A stretch of DNA of 64,000 bases from an uncultured Verrucomicrobiae bacterium (GTDB lineage Bacteria > Verrucomicrobiota > Verrucomicrobiia > Chthoniobacterales > JAFAMB01). Both the position numbers and the translations under genes were made by a program. Numbering within the stretch: the stretch's first letter is position 1; each line of letters begins with the position of its first letter. The DNA lies in NCBI GenBank assembly GCA_963837955.1, contig CAWIPH010000002.1, forward strand, positions 832,001-896,000. Direction: 5' to 3'. The notes below the pieces were generated by a model that saw only the letters and a program-made list of their open reading frames with translations, was not told the origin of the DNA and ran no database searches. Below, piece by piece: positions 48,316 through 58,814 of the stretch.

Positions 48316-49571
48316 GATAGCTGCTCCCAAGCTTTCGTAAAAAAGTCCTCACTGCCGAAGTTTCCGGACTTTAAAGCCAGAGCCAGCTGTTTTCCTGGGC
48401 CGGTGGCCAAAGTCCACGGGACACCAGGATCGATCTCTGGTCCAATCTGGAGTAGGTCTAGTCCTAGTCTTTTAACCACTGCTCCTGAGGTTTCGCCGCC
48501 AGCAACAATCAACTGGGTGAGTCCGTTGTCGACCAATGACGAAGCAATTTCGGCTAAAGCATGTTCGCAGAGTAAGCCAGTCCTTTCGAGGCCAAGGTTA
48601 TTTTGGTTTTTCACGAGTCCCTCCACCGTCTCACTGGTATAAATGAGCAGCGGCTTCGGTTCGCTCCCCATCTCTGTTGCCCATGACAGTGCGTCGCGAA
48701 TCACCGCCTCAGAATCTTCCGCCAGATTCTTCACTGAGATCTGGCGATGCCGGCATGCTCCTTTGGCGTGTTCGATCTGACGCAGGGTCATTTTTGAGCA
48801 GCTTCCCGCAAGAATGGCCCGGCCTCCCCGAAAGGCCGGAACCGAAACCGGAGCTGCGCCGCTGAGCCCGAAATTCGCCGCGAGTCCTAAAGCCAGACCG
48901 GAACCGCCGGTCACTAAGGTGAGATCTTTAGTAGAACTGCCAAGCGTAAGGAGATCGGCATTCCCAAGGCAATCGGTGATCGCGATGCGAACACCACCCG
49001 AACGCAATTTTTCGATTTCCTGAGTAACCCTGTTGAGGCCTTTGCTAATCTTATCAAACCGAATCAGACCCACCTTTGAGGAGGTTTGCTCAGAGAGAAA
49101 ACGCACCAGATTCGGATCAGTCATTGGCGTCAGTGGATGATTCTGCATTCCGCTCTCGCTCAGAAGTATGTCGTGCACGAAGAGGTGACCGCGATAAACG
49201 GTGCGGCCATTATCCGGAAAAGCCGGGCAGCCGATCGTGAAATCGCTGCCGAGCGCTTCCAGTAAAGCGTCGATGACCGGGCCAATGTTGCCTCGAGGCG
49301 TCGAGTCAAAGGTCGAGGAATATTTGAAGTAGAACTGTTTGCCGCCTGAGGCTCGGAGCCACTCGATCGCCTCCAGCGACTCCTTCACGGCCTGTTCGGG
49401 TGGACAGGTACGTGTTTTCAGGGCCACAACGATGGCATCTGAGTCGGCCATTGCTTTGGTGTGGCGAGGGATGCCGAGCGTTTGCACGGTTCGAAAGCCG
49501 CTCTTGACCAAATTGTTGGCCAGATCTGTTCCACCGGTAAAATCGTCCGCGATACAGCCGAGGAGAGGCAT
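48312..49571 (-). CDS. otnK: 3-oxo-tetronate kinase (DUF1537 four-carbon acid sugar kinase)
   Basis: IADDFTGGTD, FKY.STFDST..GNIG, HPLTPMTD, GSCS..T..Q, AGGETSG, LKSGNFG. Confidence 0.92.
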   Translation of the reverse strand: MPLLGCIADDFTGGTDLANNLVKSGFRTVQTLGIPRHTKAMADSDAIVVALKTRTCPPEQAVKESLEAIEWLRASGGKQFYFKYSSTFDSTPRGNIGPVIDALLEALGSDFTIGCPAFPDNGRTVYRGHLFVHDILLSESGMQNHPLTPMTDPNLVRFLSEQTSSKVGLIRFDKISKGLNRVTQEIEKLRSGGVRIAITDCLGNADLLTLGSSTKDLTLVTGGSGLALGLAANFGLSGAAPVSVPAFRGGRAILAGSCSKMTLRQIEHAKGACRHRQISVKNLAEDSEAVIRDALSWATEMGSEPKPLLIYTSETVEGLVKNQNNLGLERTGLLCEHALAEIASSLVDNGLTQLIVAGGETSGAVVKRLGLDLLQIGPEIDPGVPWTLATGPGKQLALALKSGNFGSEDFFTKAWEQLS

Positions 49572-49990
49572 AATGTATTTCCTGTATTGAGAACCTCCCG
49601 CTGGAATACCGCAACTAATTCATGTGAACCACGAATGGAGGGTGGGCGAAGCCGTTTCGGCCGCAGCGTCGCTTGGTCTATTGGAAACACGGGAGTTTAC
49701 GCGGCTAATGAGGGCTGGACGCGGATTGGCGGGACGGTAGGGCGAAACAGATCCAGCGGAAGAAGGATCTGTGAGCTAGGGCGCGCTGACGAAATATTTA
49801 GAAATCCAACCGGCCTCGGTGCAGCGGCAGCGCGCATCCCGCGATTCGCAGAACCGCTGAAGATACCAAATTCCTTCACGCACCTCTCGCCGAAAAACAC
49901 GTTCATGAATGCCCGATGCTGGACGCGGAGCGCCTTTGCAGGTCATGCCCGATATCGGGTTCGATGCTTAGCGACGAGCGACCGTCCCTG

Positions 49991-50263
49991 TTATTCCACG
50001 ATCCTCGAGCTTTTTTGCCTATGCTGCGCGCAACCGGCCACCGTTAGCGGTCCCGGATCTCGATTCGTTTGCGCTACTCCTTTGAGGCGAAAATAGATGG
50101 CCAGTGCTTCTTCCGTAATTCGCGGCTCCTGACTTCCTCCTCGGGCTTCACTTTCCTGTTTGAGCGCCGCAAGGATTCGCTTGTCCAGTTTCACGTGAAG
50201 CCATTGAAAGCCCGTCTTCTCCTGGGCGGAGCTGTTCCATTTTCCATTTTTAGATAACGACAT
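49991..50263 (-). CDS. Small hypothetical protein, ribbon-helix-helix-like
   Basis: LHVKLDKRILAALKQES..RG.S..RITEEAL..YF fits a beta-alpha-alpha RHH pattern. Confidence 0.5.
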   Translation of the reverse strand: MSLSKNGKWNSSAQEKTGFQWLHVKLDKRILAALKQESEARGGSQEPRITEEALAIYFRLKGVAQTNRDPGPLTVAGCAQHRQKSSRIVE

Positions 50264-50401
50264 GATCGATATTTTCCCGGATTCTCTTCACCCGATCCAG
50301 GGCTAGACAGGTTTGTTTAGCACTGTTAGATCGCGATCAATCAACCGCCGCCACCATAAAGGCAGGAGGTGAGCAAGCAAATAGCGGGGATTGACTAGAG
50401 C

Positions 50402-51307
50402 ATGTCTATTCTTGACCTTGCTACTATGTCTCCTGGTCGCCCCAAATTGGACAAGCCTCCCTATTTCGTCTCGACGCAGGTCACAGAAGCGCGCCGCTAT
50501 TATCTCGACTTGGCACCAAAACACACTCGCCAGATTACGGTGGTCTGTGGCGGCTGCGAACGCATGCGGTCTGACTACCTGGTCGACCGAAGTACATTTC
50601 CATTTTTTGTTCTTGAATTTGTCGCCGAAGGCGCCGGATCGCTCGAATTGGTCGGGCGCCGTTATCGATTGCGGGCCGGCGTGACTTTCTGGTATGGGCC
50701 CGGTGCGCACCACACTATTCGGACCGAGGCTTCCCGGCCGATGCTGAAGTACTACATCGTGTTCACGGGAATGGAGGGCGAGCGCCTGCTTGAGGAGAGC
50801 CCGCTGCGCGGGTGGAAGGCGGTACAAGTTTCCTCTCCGAAGGAGGTTGTGGAGTTATTTGAAATTCTTCAGCGCGAAGGCGCGAGCGAGAGCGAGTATG
50901 GGGCCCGGATCTGTGCAGCGCTCTTGCCGGTGCTTATCACCAAAATCACGGACCGCGCCGTACCATACGCCATTGGAGAATCGCGAGCACTCGCGACGTT
51001 CCATCGAGCGAAACATTGGATTGAGCAGCACTATGTCCGTCTCAGAACCGTTGAACAGGCCGCGCGCGCCTGCCACGTGGAGGTCGCGTACCTGAGCCGT
51101 TTGTTCCAGCGCTTCGGTCACACGACCCCATACCGTTTCCTCATGCGGCTAAAGATGAACCGGGCAACCGAACTACTAGTCGACGGTATGCTGGTGAAGG
51201 AAGTGGCAGCGGAATTGGAGTTCGCCGACGCGTTCCATTTTTCGCGGGTGTTCAAGCGCCTCTATGGCCTTCCTCCGGGGCATTTTGTAAAGCACAGTCG
51301 CGAATGA
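50402..51307 (+). CDS. AraC family transcriptional regulator
   Basis: Cupin-like N-terminus; YLSRLF, VKEVA..L.F.D.FHFSRVFK..YG..P. Confidence 0.93.
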   Translation: MSILDLATMSPGRPKLDKPPYFVSTQVTEARRYYLDLAPKHTRQITVVCGGCERMRSDYLVDRSTFPFFVLEFVAEGAGSLELVGRRYRLRAGVTFWYGPGAHHTIRTEASRPMLKYYIVFTGMEGERLLEESPLRGWKAVQVSSPKEVVELFEILQREGASESEYGARICAALLPVLITKITDRAVPYAIGESRALATFHRAKHWIEQHYVRLRTVEQAARACHVEVAYLSRLFQRFGHTTPYRFLMRLKMNRATELLVDGMLVKEVAAELEFADAFHFSRVFKRLYGLPPGHFVKHSRE

Positions 51308-51384
51308 CGTAACCGGCGGAGATTCCTCCGACCTGCGCTATCCAAAGGCGACGATGATCGCTAGGGGCCGGCTGCTGCCCGCGA

Positions 51385-52638
51385 TTATTCACTATTCGGC
51401 TGCAGGCTCATCCGCGGCGCGATCAACGCGAAACGCTTTTGCAAAAATACTAGAAAATTGAAAACCCACAGGCGCCAACGAACTTCCGGCAAGCAGTGTT
51501 CGCTACCAGCGAGCACCGAATTCACCGCCGGAACCAGTTGAAAAAATTTCTGTGGATGAAAGAAGACCTCGGCAAATTCCTGGGTATACCACGAAGTGAC
51601 GAACTTCAGGTACAGGTCCATGACGCGGCCAACTTGACGCTCATAGCGAGCAAACTCAGCGGCTCGGCTCGGCGGTTGGCGCAGCACGCGGTCGATCATG
51701 TCGGCTGCTTTCTCGCCGGAAAGGACCGCTATGAAGACGCCGCTGCTCCAAATGGGGTCAATAAACCCTGCAGCATCCCCGGCTAGGACCCAACGGTCAC
51801 CGGTAAATCGCTTGTTTCGAAATGAGAAATCTCCGGTGGCGTGAACTTCAGTGACACGTTGGGCTCGCGACATCTGTTCGGTTACTTTGGGATTCGCCCG
51901 AAGAATCTGATCGAAAGCGTCTTGTGGCCCCAATCTCATTCGCTTGAAGGTCTGCGCATCGAGTACGACGCCGATGCTGGTCTTTTTCGCCGTTATCGGG
52001 ATTATCCAAATCCACCGATCCTTACCGCGGATCATCTTAGTCAATGTACCGTCGATCCCTGGTTCCCGGTCGACCCCTTCAAAGTGAGCAAAGAGCGAAA
52101 ATTTCCGAAGATGAGGATAGTTCTGGCGCAATTTAAACCGCGAGCCGATCACACTGTTACGGCCCGAACAATCGATCAAATATCTTGCCCGAAACGTATT
52201 GTCGGTGGTTCGGACGGTGGCGCCGTCCTCATCAAATTCCACATCGGACACGCAGGTGCCTGGCAAAACATGGCAACCGCTCTCGGCAGCGTGATCCAGC
52301 AGAAGCTTATCGAACATCGAACGCTCGACTTGGTAAGCAGTTGGATACTTGCACCGAAAGACATCACAAAAGAGAAACCGATTGCTTCGAGTGCCGCAGG
52401 CGGAAATGATCTTTCCGCCATATTTCACGATCACATCGGCCCGATCGATCTTCTCTTTGACGCCCATGCGCTCAAAGGTGCGGAGGCTACCGGGTAAGAG
52501 AGATTCTCCGATTTTGAAACGAGGAAATTGTTCCTTCTCCAAGATCGCAACGTTCCATCCATGTTTTGCCAACAAAGTTCCAGCGGTGCTACCCGCTGGC
52601 CCGCCGCCCACGATCACAACATCGAAGAACTCAGCCAT
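51385..52638 (-). CDS. FAD-dependent oxidoreductase, flavin-dependent halogenase-like
   Basis: GGGPAG, FPRFKIGESL, QVERS.FD, WIWIIP (WxWxIP), GDAAGFIDP..SSGV. Confidence 0.85.
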   Translation of the reverse strand: MAEFFDVVIVGGGPAGSTAGTLLAKHGWNVAILEKEQFPRFKIGESLLPGSLRTFERMGVKEKIDRADVIVKYGGKIISACGTRSNRFLFCDVFRCKYPTAYQVERSMFDKLLLDHAAESGCHVLPGTCVSDVEFDEDGATVRTTDNTFRARYLIDCSGRNSVIGSRFKLRQNYPHLRKFSLFAHFEGVDREPGIDGTLTKMIRGKDRWIWIIPITAKKTSIGVVLDAQTFKRMRLGPQDAFDQILRANPKVTEQMSRAQRVTEVHATGDFSFRNKRFTGDRWVLAGDAAGFIDPIWSSGVFIAVLSGEKAADMIDRVLRQPPSRAAEFARYERQVGRVMDLYLKFVTSWYTQEFAEVFFHPQKFFQLVPAVNSVLAGSEHCLPEVRWRLWVFNFLVFLQKRFALIAPRMSLQPNSE

Positions 52639-52740
52639 ACTAGTGCGCAAAAGCTGGCGTCAGTGAAGCACGTCGCATGGCTGTGTCACAGCGAAAAATA
52701 AACTAGCGATGAGGAGTCCCGGCGGTGAGGAGACGAGTTC

Positions 52741-53335
52741 CTAGGGCTTCATTGCCAGACAGTTGAGCCAGATCACCGGTTCGGCATCATACCCAACACC
52801 AGGAACTTCTCGGATTTGTAATGATACCCAAGGGGCCGCTCCTTCAAAAACCTCCCGCAAACGAACCAGTGAGAGATAATTGTAATAGCGGCCAAACCTG
52901 TCGCGGCCTTCTCCTTGACCGGCCTTGAAGCTAGCGAACAACACTCCGTTGGGACGCAAGACGCGATGAATTAGCGTGACGACATCGCTCAAAGAACCAA
53001 CCGGGACATGGAGGAGACATCCGCACGCCCACACACCGTGAAATTTCGCTTCTCCTGCAATTTCTCCAAACTGGAGAACAGCCACCGGCCGACGCAGGCG
53101 TCGCTCAGCTTGCCGCGCCATCTCAGGCGAGCCATCGGTAGGTGCCACGTTATATCCTTGACGCAACATTTCGGCGGAGTCGCGTCCTGAGCCGCACCCC
53201 AATTCCAGAATGGATGCGCCGAGTGGCAGGCAGGCCAGGAATTGCCCAAGACTGGCTGTCGCAGTCAGTCCAGTCCGTTCAGAATACCTCTTGACCGTAA
53301 AAATTCAATGTAGCTTCGTCCGCTGAGTCAGCCAT
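52741..53335 (-). pseudogene. Class I SAM-dependent methyltransferase, frameshifted near 5' end
   Basis: ATG 53335 gives MADSADEATLNFYGQEVF*; the +1 frame continues YSERT...ILELGCGSGRDS...WAC..LLHV...LRPNG. Confidence 0.75.
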
Positions 53336-53534
53336 GCGCTAAAACCAAAGAAAAGCCTATCCACAGATTACATAGATTACGGTAGCCACGCCCCGAATAA
53401 CAGTCGGCATGATCCGAGCGGAGAACTTGCCGTCTTTCTGCATGCGCTGATCGGCATTCAAGCAAAAGGTCAGGATCGTTGTCGCGAGAATCGCCGCATT
53501 TGCCAATTTCAACGTAAAGACCGAAATCAAGCTT

Positions 53535-54128
53535 ATGATAAAAGGAAGCGAAAAACGGAAAGCCGATTATCCAATCGACGCAGTGTTTCTTGACCGCTGG
53601 TCACCCCGAGCAATGTCGGGCGAGGGGATTCCCGAAGAGGAGCTCTTAACCCTCTTTGAGGCAGCGCGATGGGCCCCTTCTTCCTTCAACAACCAGCCTT
53701 GGCGATTTCTGTACGCACGTCGAGATACAGTGCATTGGCCGCTCTTCTTCGATCTACTCGTCGACTTTAATAAAACTTGGGTCAAGGAGGCTGCCGCCCT
53801 AGTACTGTTTATTTCCAGGACGACTTTTGAGCATAACGATGAAATTTCTGTTACCCACTCGTTTGATACAGGCGCAGCGTGGGAAAATCTCGCGTTGCAG
53901 GGTACTCTGAAGGGCCTGGTCGTCCATGGCATGCAAGGCTTCGATTATGAGAAGGCCAGAACTTCACTCAAAATTCCCGAGGGATTTCAAGTCGAAGCGT
54001 TGGCGGCGATTGGCAAGCCGGGAAAAAAAGAGGATCTTCCGGAAAAGTTGCGGGAACGCGAAACTCCGAACGATCGCCGTAAATTGTCGGAAACAATTTT
54101 TGAAGGACCGTACGCTGGTGGCGCGTGA
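53535..54128 (+). CDS. Nitroreductase family protein
   Basis: RWSPRAM, EAARWAPSS.N.QPWRF, FDTGAAW, HGM.GFD. Confidence 0.94.
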   Translation: MIKGSEKRKADYPIDAVFLDRWSPRAMSGEGIPEEELLTLFEAARWAPSSFNNQPWRFLYARRDTVHWPLFFDLLVDFNKTWVKEAAALVLFISRTTFEHNDEISVTHSFDTGAAWENLALQGTLKGLVVHGMQGFDYEKARTSLKIPEGFQVEALAAIGKPGKKEDLPEKLRERETPNDRRKLSETIFEGPYAGGA

Positions 54129-54956
54129 GCAGCTGAAACGATCGGCCAGCGGATAAGGCAGCTGAGCGATTCGAATTGGGATCAGAGGACAGAAAGTCGC
54201 AGCGCGTCTCGAAAGACCCGACGGTCAATTCCTTGTTCGCTCAAAGCTTCGCGGCCGCCCGGCACGGACGGCGCTCGCCCACTAATTATTTGGAGTCAAA
54301 ATTAGAAATCCCACATTAATTATTACCAGCGATGTAATTACGAGGCCGCAGAGGGCCGGGACAGAAGGGGTCAGAGCAACCAGATATGCCGCTAAATAAA
54401 AACCCCCAAGTGTCAGTTGCTCGCTCACGATTTTCTCTCCTTCTTGCATTCTAATGTTTCGATTCTTCGCTTAATTTGGTCGTACGTAATTTTCCCGTAA
54501 ACCATCAACCCGATCGTACGGATTCCTTTGAGCCTATCCGAGTGAGGCCGATATTCTATCCAACGAAAGAGCGGTTCTCACTTACTCAAAAGAAGGATTT
54601 CCGCAACTGCCAGCTTAGCTGATGTAGAGAAAGAGGGGATTGGACAGAAGACCGCAAGGCGAAGAAGGATCGGTTTCCGCCCAGTCGAAGCCCGCCTGAA
54701 CGACCTTCGCCAAGGCTGTTTTGGATGGTTTCGATTTCATCTTTGTGAACTTCGCGGCTTCTGTTCAAAAAACGCCTACGCGCCGCGGGCCGGGACTAAC
54801 GTTTGATTCTTGACGCAACCCGGAGAACGGGAATCGAAACACTTCGGAAGCCTGGCGACTCAAGCGCGGAGGTCTGGTTTTGTCTTTGGAGCTCTCGCTA
54901 TTCGGAACGACGGGTTCGCACATCAGGAGTGAATAAAACACTAAAAAAAAGAGTTG

Positions 54957-54983
54957 TGTAACTTGGGCATTTATGCAAACGTC
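54957..54983 (+). promoter_or_regulatory. Candidate ECF-sigma promoter
   Basis: TGTAAC-N17-CGTC, 10 nt before ATG 54994. Confidence 0.45.
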
Positions 54984-54993
54984 TTTTCGAACA

Positions 54994-55476
54994 ATGAAAA
55001 ATACATTCACCTTTTGTGCTTTAACGCTATTGCTCGGCACGGCTGTGGTCGCTCCTTCTTACGGGCAGGACTCCGGGGCTGTGCAAACTGTTCCCAATTC
55101 CTCGGGAAATCTCCAGGGTGGTTCCCAGAATGGAGGCAAGAAACGCCACGCCTCACCGGATGCGATGAAGAAACGCCAACTCAGCATGTTGAGAAAAGAG
55201 GCGGGACTCACTCCAGACCAGGAATCGAAGGTGACCCCAATCATCAGCAAGTACGTAGATGACGTTGTCGCCCTGAAAAATGACAGCTCTCTGGTTGGCG
55301 CAGCCAAGAGAGAGAGGAAAAAGACCCTGCATAGTCAATACGTGACTGACATCAACGGCGTCCTAACTCCCGATCAGCAAAAGAGTTGGGCAACCGCAAA
55401 TGCCGCACGCATAGAGCGTCTGCGAGCTGCACGATCAGGCGCTCAACCGAGTGCTTCTCCTGCTGCGAACGAGTAG
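54994..55476 (+). CDS. Periplasmic Spy/CpxP-like (LTxxQ) protein
   Basis: Signal peptide MKNTF...; two LTPDQ motifs. Confidence 0.7.
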   Translation: MKNTFTFCALTLLLGTAVVAPSYGQDSGAVQTVPNSSGNLQGGSQNGGKKRHASPDAMKKRQLSMLRKEAGLTPDQESKVTPIISKYVDDVVALKNDSSLVGAAKRERKKTLHSQYVTDINGVLTPDQQKSWATANAARIERLRAARSGAQPSASPAANE

Positions 55477-55899
55477 GAGGGTGGACGAGACCAGCTCAGG
55501 CAAATCCGCCCAAGGCGCCAAGGATGAAAAACAGTAGAAAAGAAGCCGGCGCCAAGGTGCGAGTTTTTTCTAGGAGGTGGGGCTGGAAGCGCCGGTAAAT
55601 TAGACGGCAGAAACAAATGCCCCCTCTTCATCGAAGTTGTCGCCATGGTGGGGAGGGTGGCCTTCGATCCCCGCGGATCGGAAGGCCGACTCTGCGTCCT
55701 CAGTTAACTTGGGATCGCATCCCAGCAGCCCACTTGAGCAAACACCAGTGAACTTGGCGCTACGTCGGCTTCGCGATAGCGGGGCCGTCGTCGCTCCCTG
55801 GTCTAGGTGCGTTGGCTTTCATGTATGGCTTTGAGCTAGTTTAGTCTTGTAATTGTCGTCTTGGCGTTTTTGCGTAAGAGAGCTTTTAGGAACCACACC

Positions 55900-56682
55900 A
55901 TGAGACTAGAAGGTAAATCCGCTGTAGTCACGGGGTCTGCCACAGGAATCGGGAAAGCGATCGCGGAAGGATTCGCTAGAGAAGGCGCGCGTGTTGCGAT
56001 CGCCGACTTGAATTTGCAAGGAGCGGAATCAGTTGCTCACGAAATTCGATCCCGAAAGGCAACGGCGATTCCGGTGCAGATGGATGTTTCCAGCGAAAAA
56101 TCTGTCGAGTCTGCGTTTGAAAATATCCTCAAGGAGTTCGGCTCGGTAGACATCCTCCTCAGCAACGCCGGAATACAGATAATAAACCCGATCGTCGATT
56201 TTCCATTCGCGGACTGGCAAAAAATTATCGCAGTTCATCTCCACGGTGCTTTTCTAACCACTCGTGCTGCGATGCGATCGATGATCGCTAGCGGCAACGG
56301 TGGATGTATTTTATATACCGGGTCAATCCACTCCCACATTGCCTCTCCAAACAAGAGCGCTTACGTAGCGGCGAAACACGCCCTGAGCGGTCTCACCAAG
56401 TCGGTGGCGAAAGAAGGAGCGAAGCACAAGATTCGGGCAAATCTAATCTCGCCTGGCTTTGTTCGAACGGCTCTGGTCGAAAAACAGATTCCGGAACAGG
56501 CGCGCCAGCTCGGCGTTACTGAAGCAGAAGTAGTGAAGAACGTGATGCTAGGAGCAACCGTGGACGGCGAGTTTACCTCGCTCGAAGATCTGGCGGAGAC
56601 GGCAATTTTTTTGGCTGCCTTCCCGACGCTCGCGTTGACTGGCCAATCGATCGTAGTCAGTCATGGTCATTTCATGCATTAG
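55900..56682 (+). CDS. bdhA: 3-hydroxybutyrate dehydrogenase
   Basis: TGSATGIG, SNAGIQ, GSIHS, KSAYVAAKH, PGFVRT.LV.KQIPEQA, GQSIVVSHG. Confidence 0.9.
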   Translation: MRLEGKSAVVTGSATGIGKAIAEGFAREGARVAIADLNLQGAESVAHEIRSRKATAIPVQMDVSSEKSVESAFENILKEFGSVDILLSNAGIQIINPIVDFPFADWQKIIAVHLHGAFLTTRAAMRSMIASGNGGCILYTGSIHSHIASPNKSAYVAAKHALSGLTKSVAKEGAKHKIRANLISPGFVRTALVEKQIPEQARQLGVTEAEVVKNVMLGATVDGEFTSLEDLAETAIFLAAFPTLALTGQSIVVSHGHFMH

Positions 56683-57035
56683 CGCATGTCCTGAAATTGC
56701 TCTGCGCTAGACTTCGTACTCGAAAATCACCCAAATCTTTCTCGTTGTTTTCGTGAGCGCAGGATAGAGATGATAGCAGTTTCGCCTTACCGCTGTCGGC
56801 CGAATTTTTCGAGGGTTTGCAATCGAAAGGCCCGAAAAAAACATGATTGTCACGACCTGCTGTTTGCGGCAAGAATTCCTGCCTCAACTATCCCCCCTAT
56901 GCATACTCCTCTTGTCCGAGATCGGGCCGAGAAAGCAGGATCTTTGCTTCTCATCCGCCCATGGAAACGGTGCGACCCGATGTTGGTAATCGCTCAACCT
57001 AAGTTTTGGCCTGCCAACGCTAGAGGTTATCAAGT

Positions 57036-58370
57036 ATGAGCTCATCGGAACCCAAGAGTGATCGCGGGATGTTAGTGAAAGCCGTCGTAGCGAGTACGAT
57101 CGGCACCGCCATTGAGTGGTACGACTTCTTTCTCTACAGCACGGTCACGCCGCTCGTGTTTGCAAAATTGTTCTTCCCGAATTCCGACCCGTTGGTTGGC
57201 ACGCTGCAAGCGTTCCTCGTGTACTTCGTCGGCTTTCTCGCGCGCCCGGTTGGCGCGTTTATTTTTGGCCATTTCGGTGATCGCGCTGGCCGGAAGGCGG
57301 CGTTGATCTCGACGCTTCTCTTGATGGGAATCGCCACGTTTCTCGTCGCGTTTGTGCCCGGCTACAACATGATTGGCATCTGGGGAGCAGTCATCTTAAC
57401 CGTACTTCGATTTCTGCAGGGTGTTGGCGTTGGAGGCGAGTGGGGAGGGTCAGTTCTTTTGGCGATGGAATGGACCAAGAGTTTCGGGAATCGCGGATTC
57501 GTCGCTTCCTGGCCTCAGTTCGGCGTACCTGTCGGATTGTTCCTGGCAAATCTCGCCGTACTTGGTTTTAGCGCATTCTCCGGTTCTCAGGAACAATTTT
57601 TGGCCTGGGGTTGGCGCATCCCGTTCTTGCTGAGCGCGCTGTTGGTGCTTGTTGGCCTATGGATCCGGCTTGGGATATTGGAAACCCCGACGTTTACCCG
57701 GCTGGTGGAGCAGAACAAATTGGAGCAAACTCCATCGCTAGAGGTTTTTCGGCGCCATCCGAGACCTATTTTTCTCTCCCCACTGGTACGAATGGCGGAG
57801 CAAGCCCCGTTTTATCTGTTTACGGCGTTCGTCTTCACTTATGGCACTCAACAGTTAAAGCTGAGCCGGGAGCTCTTGCTCAACGCCGTGATGTTGTTTG
57901 CGGTGATCGAGTTTTTCACCATTCCCTTTTCCGGATTTATCTCTGACCGGATCGGGCGCAAACGCACCTATTTGATTGGGACCGTCGCGGTGTTCGTTGT
58001 CGGATTCCTTTTTATCGCGCTTATGAATACTAAGGATCCAACGTTGGTAGTACTGGGTATCGTCCTTGGCGCCATTCCGCATTCTCTCCTATATGGGCCC
58101 CAAGCGGCCTTAATCGCCGAGCAGTTCACTCCCCGAATGCGCTACAGTGGTGCGTCAATCGGCTATCAGCTCGCGTCGATTATCGCCGGTGGTCCGGCGC
58201 CGTTGATTGCCACCTGGCTGTTGGCGACGTTCGCGACCGGGGCTGCAGTCTCTTGGTACATTGCTGTCTGCGCAGTGATTTCGTTTATTGCGACGCTTTT
58301 CATGACGGAGTATTCGCGTCGCGAAATTCACGAAGAATACGAGCAGGTGGGGCGTCCAACTAAGGCATAG
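57036..58370 (+). CDS. MFS transporter, metabolite:H+ symporter family
   Basis: IEWYDF, FGHFGDR.GRK, GGEWGG, WGWRIPF, SDRIGRK, RYSGASIGYQ. Confidence 0.94.
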   Translation: MSSSEPKSDRGMLVKAVVASTIGTAIEWYDFFLYSTVTPLVFAKLFFPNSDPLVGTLQAFLVYFVGFLARPVGAFIFGHFGDRAGRKAALISTLLLMGIATFLVAFVPGYNMIGIWGAVILTVLRFLQGVGVGGEWGGSVLLAMEWTKSFGNRGFVASWPQFGVPVGLFLANLAVLGFSAFSGSQEQFLAWGWRIPFLLSALLVLVGLWIRLGILETPTFTRLVEQNKLEQTPSLEVFRRHPRPIFLSPLVRMAEQAPFYLFTAFVFTYGTQQLKLSRELLLNAVMLFAVIEFFTIPFSGFISDRIGRKRTYLIGTVAVFVVGFLFIALMNTKDPTLVVLGIVLGAIPHSLLYGPQAALIAEQFTPRMRYSGASIGYQLASIIAGGPAPLIATWLLATFATGAAVSWYIAVCAVISFIATLFMTEYSRREIHEEYEQVGRPTKA

Positions 58371-58814
58371 TCGACAGGCTCGCCCCGCCCATCAAGGGTA
58401 TGTACCGTCACAGGAATCCCGCCCTCGTGGGTAGGGCGAAGCAGTCCGGCCAAATGCCGCCGCGTGGCAGGGCCAAACGACAGCGCCGGACTGTGAGCCT
58501 TGCTGCCCCATTGTTTGGCTCACACGTAACAGTCTGAAACTGAATTGGGGAGATCATTGTATTCGGGGATATTGACCTGGGCGTAACATCTCACAGCAGC
58601 GACACGGAGCGCGTGGCAGAAAGAAGCCGTGGCCAAGAAACAAGATATGGGAAACGGTAGGGCGAAAGCCTGGTCCTGGCAGGCGCCAAAGCAGCTTGAG
58701 CCGTTGTGGTTTCACCTGAAGCGATTGCCTTTCCTATCTTGAAACCGTGCTGATGAGCTCCACAAGAAAGACGCAACGGCGGTTCATTTTCAGACAGCTC
58801 AAACCCGGTGCTAC

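Noticed and set aside
58745..58790. CTGATGAG...GAAA resembling a hammerhead ribozyme core
   Set aside because: Stem II cannot close (no C before GAAA) and flanking stems do not pair
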